DNA of 64,000 nucleotides, from assembly GCA_002633005.1 (NCBI GenBank), contig NMRA01000542.1, positions 186,001 to 250,000 on the forward strand. Direction: 5' to 3'. Numbering within the stretch: position 1 is the first letter of the stretch; every line of letters starts with the position of its first letter. Shown in pieces: positions 26,516 to 38,700 of this stretch. The notes under the pieces are model-generated. The model saw only the letters and a list, made by a program, of their open reading frames with translations. It did no database searches and was not told where the DNA came from. Both the position numbers and the translations under genes were made by a program. Source of the DNA: Phoronis australis (taxonomy: Eukaryota > Animalia > Phoronida).

Positions 26516-26751
26516 AAAAGGACAAACATGCTAAGTTTAAGTTTGACAGCTACGCCGACACTCCTACAGCTGTTTAGAACTCCATCTTGAATGAATCACG
26601 TGACTGTTTGATTGACCTATTTTTAAATACATAAATAATTCGTGTGGTACTTTTATTGAGATCGACCAATACAAGACTTTCCGTTTCCTGTCGTCCTATT
26701 TCGTTTTCGTCGAAAGGGGCTTTTAAGTCGGCAACAAACACTATCTTGACT
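26516..26751. promoter_or_regulatory. Bidirectional promoter shared by the GPR180-like gene and UBXN1
   Basis: Only 236 bp separate the divergent ATGs at 26515 and 26752. Palindromic E-box TCACGTGA at 26596-26603 and CpG enrichment. Confidence 0.65.
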
Positions 26752-29700
26752 ATGTCTTCAAAAGACGTCCACACTTTAATGGAAATGGGCTTTCCTGAGA
26801 ATAGAGCGTAAGCGATTCTTGACTTAAACATAGGCAGTACCACTGTCTCAACTGGCAGTGTAGTACTACAGACCGGCTTTGGCTACTTTGTGGCAAAGCA
26901 AACTATTAAAATTTCAAGTTGAACAAAATCAAAATGAAGAAGAGGTGTTCAAATGAAAGCTCTTATTGGATTGAGAATCATTTGCTACTTTTTTGAATTT
27001 TTAAAACGATCGAGGAGTTTTGATGGTATGGCCATTTTTGTTGCTCAAAATGACCCCTTCGGCTTTTCTAATTCTGGAATTAGGAGTCTAAATTCCGGCC
27101 AATACTGTAGAGAGGGTGGTCGCTGTCTGCTGAGTACTGACAATAGAGACAGTGGTAAAAGTTCAGTCCGTCTTGAAAAAGGCTGCCGTCAACCAGTTTC
27201 CACTGAGTTACGACAATGTCTGCTATTCAGTGTAAAGTGTTCCCGATGGTAGCTATTTTGAAGAGTGACCCATTTGCTCCACTTTTACGGTGGTCATCCC
27301 GTTGGCTTGATCTCCAGTCCAATGCGCCAGAAGCTTTTCGGCAAATTATACCTCACACTGATTAAAATAGATTAAGCCATAAGTAGGGTGAGCAAACCAA
27401 TATGGCACACATGCGACAAGAGCGAAATTTTGCCATTTTTCATGATTTTCATTAGGTCATATAGGCAACACGTAGCCCCTCGGTTGGCCATTTAGGGCCT
27501 ACAATACTTCCATTTGCTTTCTGTACTCATTTTGTTACTTGTATTTTAAACGGGCCATGATTGTATTTGGGTTACCGATTTTGAGTTTTCACCTCGTCAA
27601 AAATACATTCCACACTTAAAACAATCATAAAGCACTTACTTTCATCATTGGTTCTTTCTACTTCTATATATATATATCTTCGATGAAGCTTAGTTGTGAG
27701 AATTAAGTTGACTTTGGCGAAGAATTCCAACTCCACTTTTTTGGTTGCCATTAACTTTTTCACCGCGCGCGCCATACTGTAACCACAAAGTATGTCAACT
27801 GAGTCACGTGAGTTAGGCAAATGCTAGCGCGAGACTGAGCAAAGCGCATGACACTAGCACGTGACATTTGCAAAATAGCATGAGACGGTATCAGGTGAAA
27901 TTTGTAAGATTTGTGTCTCTTGGACTTTTTATTCATCAACATGCGTGATTTCACGTAACTTCCTCAAAATGGCACCCGGTAAGAGAAACTCGAGCAAACC
28001 GCGACAGATTTTCATCAATTTGTTCAAATTATCTTGACTAAATTGTATCCAGAGTCATGGTATGTGTTAATTATAACTCCGTGTTCCTATATGTATGGTT
28101 CATTTGATTTTATTTGATGTACTTTGAAATGAGTAACTTTTTGTGGGGATGTACTTTCGCCCCTGTATGCCTGCGGCATCCAGGGCGATGTAATTCCCCA
28201 AATTGTTAGGAAACTAAATGACAGAAAATGAAAAGTGTGCCAGCAAAATATTTTAACTTTCTATTTTCTATTGATTTCCATTAAAACAAATTGGAGCATT
28301 GATGGATATTTTTAAAAATTAAAGTAATGCAAGCAAGCACTTCACTCATTTTTTACTCAGGATAAGATTAGTCGAGTGTTGGCAGCCAGAGATGCGACAT
28401 ACTTCACAAATTTATGATTATATGCATTAAATACCATTCGTCATATGTAAAAACAGGTAAAATTTGGACAATAAACAATCAGGTTAGTATAAAAAGAACC
28501 CAAATGAGAATCAAAAACAACCAAAGTAACAATGCATTTATGTTCACGGTGATGTCAATACGTTTTCAAGGACAACAAGACTGTCATCCAGGAATGGTTC
28601 CTGAACTGACACACAGGAACTCAGGTCGTAGAAATAGACGGGAATAGTCAATGCTTTTCTGATCTCGGCTGAGGTACAAAATTGTGCTCAAAAAGGCTTT
28701 TAGTTTGATAACAGAAATGATGTGAACATTATGCCATGTTACATATTACTTAATTTGGTATGTATTTTTAAGTTTTTGAACTAGATAATGACTTTAAAGG
28801 TCCATGCTGACTTCTTCAGAGTTCAAGCTTATCTGGAACGTGATTGGTCAATTGTTTAAACACATGACTGTGGCTAGCTTCAAAGTCAATGAGACAATCA
28901 AAGCAATAGATGAGATGGGTTGGTGGGTGAGAGCTGACTTCTAAGTTTCACTAACGGTCAGAATCTGCCACTGTTTTGGCACTTAAATCCTACAAATAGA
29001 ATGAAAAGATAACAACCTGGCAGGAAACAAAACAATTTGAAGTAGATATTCTTGAGCTGCATAACGGCTGTTGGAATAACACACACCATATCATCACCGT
29101 TACACCTTTCTTAATGCACAATTCTTGAGCACATTGTTGATTAAAATAAGCTTTACCTGACAACGTGGTTTTTTGTCTGGTAAAATGGCGGCTTGGAAAC
29201 TCAGACAAAGGTGTGTCAAGAATGGTGTGTTGTGATTGGTCAGTTAAGCCATCAGTCAAAATCCTGGCGATGGGTCAGTTCTCTACATGGAAAGGTTCCG
29301 GTTTATGGAGAACCTATGGGATGACTACGGTCTACAGCGGCCAGTTGACACTGTGGTACTGTCTAGGCTTAAACAGTGATAAATGCTGATAGTCTGGTGT
29401 GTTTGCTAATTATAATGCCTTGTTTGTTTATACCATATTATAAACTGCCCAAGTTTTATCATTAACTGATTTTTTTTACAGGGAAAAGGCTCTCTTCAAG
29501 ACCAATTACAAAGGAATACAGGATGCGATGGAATGGTAAGACTTTGTCATTATTTTGAAAATTACTGAAATTCAAAAGACATTGTAGGTGTCCTTCAAGT
29601 AACCATAAACATTTCATCCGATGCAGCTTGTTAACATTGTGACTTGAGGCACCATTTTTAAAGAACTAATTCCAGCAATACTAAGCATTTAGTTAGCTTT

Positions 29701-32700
29701 AAAACAAAACAATAGTATTTGAGAATGATCCTTTCCTTGTGTTGCTGATTTTGTTGATTTCGTGTGTTTTGAATTTCATCCTTTGTTAAATTTCCGCACA
29801 TCAATCCTTTAGGCTATTTGCCCATGCAGATGACCCGGATATTGATGACCCATTTGAAGCTCCCAAGGGAAATGTTTTGGGATCTAACCCTACTGAAACT
29901 ACATCAGGTATTGTTTTCACCATGTGTTACACATGCAAGCAAATAGAAACCCATCCACTTTTTGAGTGCACTAGACTTGAAAACGTGATGATACCCCTTA
30001 AGTGTGCATGGGTCTTATGTGTTTTGTGCATTTACCATAGCCTTGTGCTTTGTGTTATTCACTACTATACCTACTGTAAACTTTTTAGAGCTCAAGCTGG
30101 TGACTTTTCATTTTGTGTTGTGTTTACACGATTTTCAACATTAGTTGTGTCACAAATTTAAATGTGTTACGAGTTTTTGTAATATGTCAGACGAAGTGAA
30201 ATTTGTACTGATCACAGGTCACTCTTTGCTTTGCTGTGTCAATTTAATAATTGTTAATGTGAGAATTATTAATGGATTTTACTTGTGTTGACCAAGTACT
30301 TGTGTATACCCTAAGCTTACACATCCATTGCACTTGAGAATAAGTGCAATGTGAGTTATGGAGCAAGAGCCCATACTCACACCCAGTTCTGTGTAATGGG
30401 ATTTGAACCCATGACCCATGACCTTTAGATTGGGAGGTGGCCACTGTGCAACTAGGCCTCACTCCATCAAACATGAAGATTTGTTCACTCAGTGGCTTGA
30501 AAATTGAGCTGTCTCCAACACACGCATTGATTCAATGCTCAAACCTTGCAATAGTTTTTAGATGTATTTTGATGATTTCTAAGTTATGATAATCTAATGT
30601 GGAGTTATGATGATTGGCATAGCTAATTACGAATGGTGTTAACAAGTGCCATACCTTTTAGCACAAAATCAGTGTAGTGGCATCTGTGATTGGTAAAACT
30701 TTTATGTCCGCTTTCTTTTAGACCTGTCTCTTAATATATCCAACTCTGACAGTGTAAATACTGCGACACCTATGGAGGAAGCAAGTCAAGACAAACAGAC
30801 GGAGAGTAAACCAGACACTGTTGCACAGGAAGCTAAATCATATAAATGTGACGAGTGAGGACTGTCTACAGTTTTTATTTATATGGTTGAAGAAAATTTA
30901 AGTTTTAATTTTTTAAGTAATGTCTGAAACATTGCCCTCAACTGAAATGTGATATTTTCATTGTACAAAAATGTTTAGCTTTTGAAAAAACCACAAACAA
31001 CTTTAAAAGTGGCCTCAACTTGTTCTTTATTCAGTTTAGAATTGTTTTTCAGACTTGGGAAGAATTGACAATTTGTCATTGCTTGTTGTCAGGTTCAATA
31101 AGTCGACCTTGACAGATGGTTATTTCTCGTCAGAAAGCAGTTTGGCTGTCTCAAGGCGTACTGACTGAATGTCATACGATCATCATTACATAACGAATGA
31201 ATTGAAGGCCGCTGTAGGCCAGTTTGTAAAAATAGTCAATTTGCCTCCTTTTCTCCCCGCCTCATTTTTGTTACCAAAATCTATTGTATTTACCACAAAA
31301 AAATTCTTTTGCCATCTATCAAATAAATATTTTGAGTTACAGACAAATCTTTGCAGTTGGCCATTTGTGGGGAATTATTTTTACATGTTCACATTCAAAC
31401 AAGGAAAGTGCTGTGTCCAGTGTTGAACACTTTCATGTTTATGTAATTATTGTTCTTCTTTTATTTAAAGGTGTGGTAAGCTCTTAAAGGATGCGGACGC
31501 TCTACAGTTTCATGCAGCTAAGACTGGCCACTCGGCGTTTTCAGAGTCCTCCGAAGAAGTAAAACCACTGACAGCTGAGGAGAAGAAGGCTCAACTTGAC
31601 AAGTAAATAGAGAATATGACACTATGGCTGTCATTACAGAATTCTTGTCATTGCTCTTCTGATAGTCATCTTGGAACCTCATTGATTGGATATTAGACAT
31701 CATAGCATTACTATTTGAACTACGGGGTTCTTCCATTATCATATCTTTTAAAAAAACAACTCTTTTCTGTTATAATAGGTTCGTCCCCTCCAAGCATAAT
31801 GATAATTACACACAACACCACCCTTCTGCTACCATGGTGTTCATTATTTTATGTTAAAGCGTCAAACCTGCCTTCCATCATGAAAACCAACTTTTGATTT
31901 AGTTATGAAATCCGTCTCAAATTGCTCCTTAGTCAAATGTGAAGTAATTTCAGGGCTTTGAAAGTAATGCCAGGTTATTATTAACAAGTTGAGTTTCTAC
32001 GAGCTGGTATGTCATGGTGTGTCATTTTATGATCCAAGCATGGTCTTGAAAAATAACAAACTGTCAGTTCTTTGCAAACCTGGAAAACACTTCTCATCTG
32101 AGTAAGGAACAAGTTGAGATCTTCTGCTTCTGCGTTACCGTGATGGGTAGAAGGTGTACATGTCTGGTTCTCCTCTGCAGGATGGGTGATACAGGTACAG
32201 AAGGTCTGCCTACTGTCCTAAACCAACATGCTCAGTCTTCGTTGAGATCAATTTTATAGCAATAACGAATCTAAATCAAAATTCGTTTCTTGGATGGAAT
32301 GCGGCTTTTATAGCCACTTTAAAATTTATTGTTATGTTGCTGTTCTTATAACTATCATTAAAATCTCTTGGTCTATTTACACTGGCTTCTTGTCTACTTA
32401 CATTGTCACGACGTTTCGGTCGGTCTTTTCTCCGGCCATCGTCAGGTGTTCCCGCGTTCTTAGAAGAACGAGAACGGATATTTGGTACACTCATCATGGT
32501 GTGATTTTTTATTATATATTGTCCGAGAAAGGATGATAAGTGTACCAAATATCCATGCTCGTTCTTCTAAGAACGCAGGAACACTAACGATGGCTAGAGA
32601 ATAGACAGACCGAATTGTCGTGACAATGTAAATTGACAAGAGGTCGGTGTAAATAAACCAAGAGATTTTAATAATAGTTGTAACATGCCACCACCTCAGA

Positions 32701-35700
32701 GCTCGCCCTAGCCGCCATGTTTCTTTTGTCTCTAAGTCCATTGTTTAATTACCGGTAAGATTCCCTCATTTATTGTAGCCTTAGCACATCTCTAGCATTG
32801 TTAACCTATTGTAATCACACGTCACTTGTTAGCGACCTAGTATTTACCCCGTCTCTGTTCTTTCAGGTTACGATCATTCGTAGTTTGCTGTAACAAATAA
32901 ACAGTGAAGAAATACTTGCGAGTTATTTTCTAATTGCCATTCTTATGTTGTCAAGGATTTTCCTTTGTACTGTTAGTTGCAATGGCGGCATCAGGAAATT
33001 GGCAGACTGGACAGATATGGTCAGATGTCCATGGGTATGGAAATGTATCCCTCCTTCCTTACTGTCTTCAATCATAAGTGCTTAACACTTCGAAAACTGA
33101 CTCTAGGAGAGTTCTGTTCATCACTGTGCTGTTAGAATGCATCAGTTGTGTTTGATTCCAACTGTTGTATGTTTTTGAAGTTTGTAGTCAGTTGATTTTC
33201 GTGCTTCTAGGCTGCAAGGCATGCTAAAACAGCGTCGCCTTGAAAAAGAGCAGGAGGAGAGGAAGGCAGAGTTAGACAGGGAAAAGTCAAGACGAGTGAT
33301 GGGCAAAGAGTTAGTCAGTGCTAAAACCAAGTATGGCAACCGTAATCTTTGTATTCATGCAATGCATATTGATGAGAAACTGATTTAGCAAATATCTCAT
33401 AGACTCAAATATTGAACTCCTAGGAACTATTGCAAGAAACCTTATTAATTCAACTATTGAACTCCTTGCAAGCATTGGAAGAAACCTAGTTGCATGGTAG
33501 TTCTCGGTAGCTAAACATAGTCCTTGCAACTGTGGTTACAGTTAACAATATGCCACTGAAGTCAAATTTACGAACGGTAGATGTTTTAAATGATTTAGAT
33601 TATTTTGTAGAAACTAACAGTTAATCTAGGTCTGTTGTTTTTGAGTTTTGATAGATTTTCCCATATCCTGTGTCTGTGGTAACACCCTAAAGGAACTTAC
33701 TTTACGTGTACTAGTAAATTAACAATAAATTCTTTATTGACCCGTTATGGCTACATCAATAGAGTATTTGAGTGAATTTGTTCAGTTGTGTCAGTGTTAA
33801 AATTTCTTAGTAGATTTTCGGAGGTTAGTCAGACTTTCTCATTGGTTCACTTGATATTCTGCTTGATTGCAGGGTCATTTGGATCAGGTTGTTCTAGTGA
33901 ATAATGTTTCCATTGGGATGATTGTTGGCTAAAGCAAATAAGTTTGTTTTATGTAATTATCTGCAATAAATCTTAATTATTCATCAACCTGTTACTTGAG
34001 CTTACCATGAATATAGAAATATTTTCTATTTTCTGTTTCAGACTTCAAGAAGAGGAAATGAGAAGAATTGCTGAGCAGAAGCGAAGAGAGAAAATGGAGG
34101 AAAAGCTAGCCAAGTGTGAACTCTTTCCTTTCATTTATTCGTGAAGTGGAGAGGCCTTCTAATATGTATTATCCTTCTTCTTAGGGATTTTCATTGAAAA
34201 TATTTTTGCCGTAATTTCTCCGTTTTGGAAAAATGAGCTTTGTTCAGATTAAATTGAATTTTCCATGGCCAGATGTAATGGCAACTGTGACTCAAATTTA
34301 TTTTGTTCCTAGGTTTGAAAGTATGCCTTTACCATTTTGAAAATTTACTGATAAAAGCAAAACACGGGTGGTCGGTAGCCAATCAGTGGGTGTTTAAAGA
34401 TAATTTTGCTTAGTTTGGTGTTGGCGTTTACATGAGTGTGAGTGATTTCTCGAAGGTTTGAAAATATCCAAAAAAATTATTTTTGATGTTGCTCACAAAA
34501 ATACAGAAACACCTCAAAAATACTTGGCTGAAAGTTGCTAGAAAAAATGAAGTTGTAATTTCTGGATAGTCATCTCTGGTGATGTGACACATCAATGTAA
34601 TATTGTAAAATTTACCTTCAGATCAAACTTAATCTAGAAGACACCCATCTATGACACATGTGACATGTATAGTCTGTCTGATTTCTTTGTTTCGATTGTA
34701 AAGTTTTGATATTATATGTGTGTCCAACGAAGTATCATTCAGTAGTAGTGCGATAAACATTGTGTTGCATTTCCTCTAAAAACATGGCTTTGCATGCGTG
34801 CTTATTTTTAAGTGTGAAATGTTTTGTTTTTAACTTAGGCAAAAAGTGAGAGAACAGATCGAAAAAGACAAAAGAGACAGAGCATTGAAGGTACTGCGCA
34901 TGTAGAACATTTTCTTCTTTCTTGTCTGTCCTTCCAGTCCCTACTAGGATAAACAACCCACAATTATCGTACATTCATGTATTTAGGTCCATATACCTTT
35001 AAGTGAAATAATGTTTTTCTAATAAAATTTTTTCACTGAATAATGTTTGCATGCCCCTCAGCTATGGGGTGGCACGCTTGTGTTTCTTGTTCAATATTAA
35101 TGCTTTTTATTTAATAAGTGACTCAAAAAGTAAGTGAACATTCGGTGTAAATGAACTTTATACTGTTTCTCTTAGTTTGGCAAAAAGTCAAGTGAACCTG
35201 CACCAGCTGCTGCTCCCACCGCTGTCTCATCTCAGGTAGCGCCATCTGGCGGGGCTCAGACAAAAGAATATAATAACTGCAGGCTACAGGTATATACTGA
35301 TGCCTATTGGAATACATATTAAGTTTGCATTCGTGACTGTTTCTGCTGTTGGCCATCACAAGTTTGACGTAAAGTTGTAGAACCACTTGTGTTCAATATA
35401 TTGTGTTCAAGAGTTAGAAAACTTAGCAATGCAGAAAACTATTGATGATGGAATGGGGGTGAAGTCAGTCTCCCATATTTGGAAATGTTCCATGAAAGTA
35501 AAAACTTTGTTATCATCATCCTTAAACGTTACGTAGTAATGGCATTGCTTGTCACAACAGTTTATTGATTACTGTGCAAAAGGTTCAACTATTAGTTGAA
35601 TGTGCGTAGTTTGGTGGGCTGCTCTTGTTGCCAGGTATTAGCTGACTTACGAAGAAAACAAAGTGTTTAAAGCGTCACATTTTTATTTGAATTTCCACCA

Positions 35701-38700
35701 TTGTGATGCCACAATTCTAAAATGAGCAAGCTTGAGACCAGGTATGAAAACAAAGTGTTTAAAGCGCCACATTTTTATTTGAATTTCCACCATTGTGATG
35801 CCACAATTCTAAAATGAGCAAGCTTGAGACTAGGTATGAAAACAAAGTGTTTAAAGCGCCACATTTTTATTTGAATTTCCACCATTGTGATGCCACAATT
35901 CTAAAATGAGCAAGCTTGAGACTAGGTATGAAAACAAAGTGTTTAAAGCGCCACATTTTTATTTGAATTTCCACCATTGTGATGCCACAATTCTAAAATG
36001 AGCAAGCTTGAGACTAGGTATGAAAACAAAGTGTTTAAAGCGCCACATTTTTATTTGAATTTCCACCATTGTGATGCCACAATTCTAAAATGAGCAAGCT
36101 TGAGACTAGGTATGAAAACAAAGTGTTTAAAGCGCCACATTTTTATTTGAATTTCCACCATTGTGATGCCACAATTCTAAAATGAGCAAGCTTGAGACTA
36201 GGTATGAAAACAAAGTGTTTAAAGCGCCACATTTTTATTTGAATTTCCACCATTGTGATGCCACAATTCTAAAATGAGCAAGCTTGAGACTAGGTATGAA
36301 AACAAAGTGTTTAAAGCGCCACATTTTTATTTGAATTTCCACCATTGTGATGCCACAATTCTAAAATGAGCAAGCTTGAGACTAGGTATGAAAACAAAGT
36401 GTTTAAAGCGCCACATTTTTATTTGAATTTCCACCATTGTGATGCCACAATTCTAAAATGAGCAAGCTNNNNNNNNNNNNNNNNNNNNNNNNNNNNNNNN
36501 NNNNNNNNNNNNNNNNNNNNNNNNNNNNNNNNNNNNNNNNNNNNNNNNNNNNNNNNNNNNNNNNNNNNNNNNNNNNNNNNNNNNNNNNNNNNNNNNNNNN
36601 NNNNNNNNNNNNNNNNNNNNNNNNNNNNNNNNNNNNNNNNNNNNNNNNNNNNNNNNNNNNNNNNNNNNNNNNNNNNNNNNNNNNNNNNNNNNNNNNNNNN
36701 NNNNNNNNNNNNNNNNNNNNNNNNNNNNNNNNNNNNNNNNNNNNNNNNNNNNNNNNNNNNNNNNNNNNNNNNACTTGTCTATTTACATTGTCACGACGTT
36801 TTGGTCAGTCTATTCTCCGGCCATCGTCAGGTGTTCCTGCGTTCTTAGAAGAACGAGAACGGATATTTGGTACACTCATCATGGTGTGATTTTTTATTAT
36901 ATATTGTCCGATAAAGGATGATAAGAGTACCAAATATCCATGCTTGTTCTTCTAAGAATGCAGGAACACTGACGATGGCTAGAGAATAGACAGACCGAAT
37001 TGTCGTGGCAATGTAAATTGACAAGAGGTCGGTGTAAATAGACCAAGAGATTTTATAATAGTTGTAACATGCCACCACCTCAGAGCTGTTTTAGAAGGTC
37101 ATTGCCATTCTTATGTTGTCAAGGATTTTCCTTTGTACTGCTAGTTGCAATGGCGGCATCAGGAAATTGACAGGCTGGACAGATATGGTCACATGTCCAT
37201 GGGTATGGAAATGTATCCCTCCTTCCTTACTGTCTTCAATCATAAGTGCTTAACACTTCGAAAACTGACTCTAGGAGAGTTCTGTTCATTACTGTGTTGA
37301 TTCTCGTGCTTCTAGGCTGCAAGGCATGCTAAAACAGCGTCGCCTTGAAAAAGAGCAGGAGGAGAGGAAGGCAGAGTTAGACAGGGAAAAGTCGAGACGA
37401 GTGATGGGCAAAGAGTTAGTCAGTGCTAAAACCAAGTATGGCAACTGTAATCTTTGTATTTATGCAATGCATATTGATGAGAAACTGATTTAGCAAATAT
37501 CTCATAGACTCAAATATTGAACTCTTAGGAACTATTGCAAGAAACCTCATTAACTCAACTATTGAACTCCTTGGAAGCATTGCAAGAAACCTAATTGCAT
37601 GGTAGTTCTCGGTAGCTAAACATAGTCCTTGCAACTGTGGTCACAGTTAACAATATGCCACTGAAGTCAAATTTACGAACGGTAGATATTTTAAATGATG
37701 TAGAAACTAACAGTTAATCTAGGTCTGTTGTTTTTGAGTTTTGATAGATTGTCCCATATCTTGTGTCTCTGGTAACACCCTAAAGGAACTTACTTTACGT
37801 GTACTAGTAAATTAACAATAAATTCTTTATTGACCCGTTATGGCTACATCAATCACTTAGAGTACTTGAGTGAATTTGTTCAGTTGTGTCAGTGTTAAAA
37901 TTTCTTAGTATTCCTCTGCAAATTTTCTGAGGTTAGTCAGACTTTCTCATTGGTTCAGATGATATTCTGCTTGATTGCAGGGTTATTTGGATCAGGTTGT
38001 TCTAGTGAATAATGTTTCCATTGGGACGGTTGTTGGCTAAAGCAAATAAGTTTGTTTTATGTAATTATCTGCAATAAATCTTAATTATAGTTATTCATCA
38101 ACCTGTTACTTGAGCTTACCATGAATATAGAAATATTTTCTATTTTCTGTTTCAGACTTCAAGAAGAGGAAATGAGAAGAATTGCCGAGCAGAAGCGAAG
38201 AGAAAAAATGGAGGAAAAGCTAGCCAAGTATGAACTCTTTCCTTTGGTTTATTCGTGAAGCGGAGAGGCCTTCTAATATGTATTATCGTTCCTTTTAGGG
38301 ATTTTCATTGAAAATATTTTTGCCGTAATTTCTCAGTTTTGGAAAAATGAGCTTAGTTCAGATTAAGTTGAATCTGGAAAGTTGAATCTTCCAGATTCAT
38401 TTTTCTTTAACTCACCTCATGTATTTATGCAGCTTCAGTTTAGTATGACATGAGCCCCCCACCAACTTGGCTATGGAGTAAACAAACAGCCTGACTTAGG
38501 GAGTTAGTTCTCCTCTTTGAAAAATTAACTTGTAGAACTGAAAAAGTCCCTGGCTGACAGTGGTATTGCTAAATGTCATTTCTAACATGGTGAATGCAGA
38601 AGCCGCTTATACAGAGAACAGTGTCACTATGGCCAGATGTAATGGCAACTGTGACTCAAATTTATTTTGTTCCCAGGTTTGAAAGTATGCCTTTACCATT

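Noticed and set aside
26574-26843. 89-aa minus-strand ORF
   Set aside because: Antisense shadow of UBXN1 exon 1 and the shared promoter.
35654-36468. CRISPR-like regular array
   Set aside because: The units are identical head-to-tail repeats with no unique spacers, there are no cas genes, and the context is a eukaryotic intron. The same applies to the arrays at 4232, 41647, 50052 and 62009.
36458-36889. 143-aa ORF
   Set aside because: Artefact of translating through the N gap.
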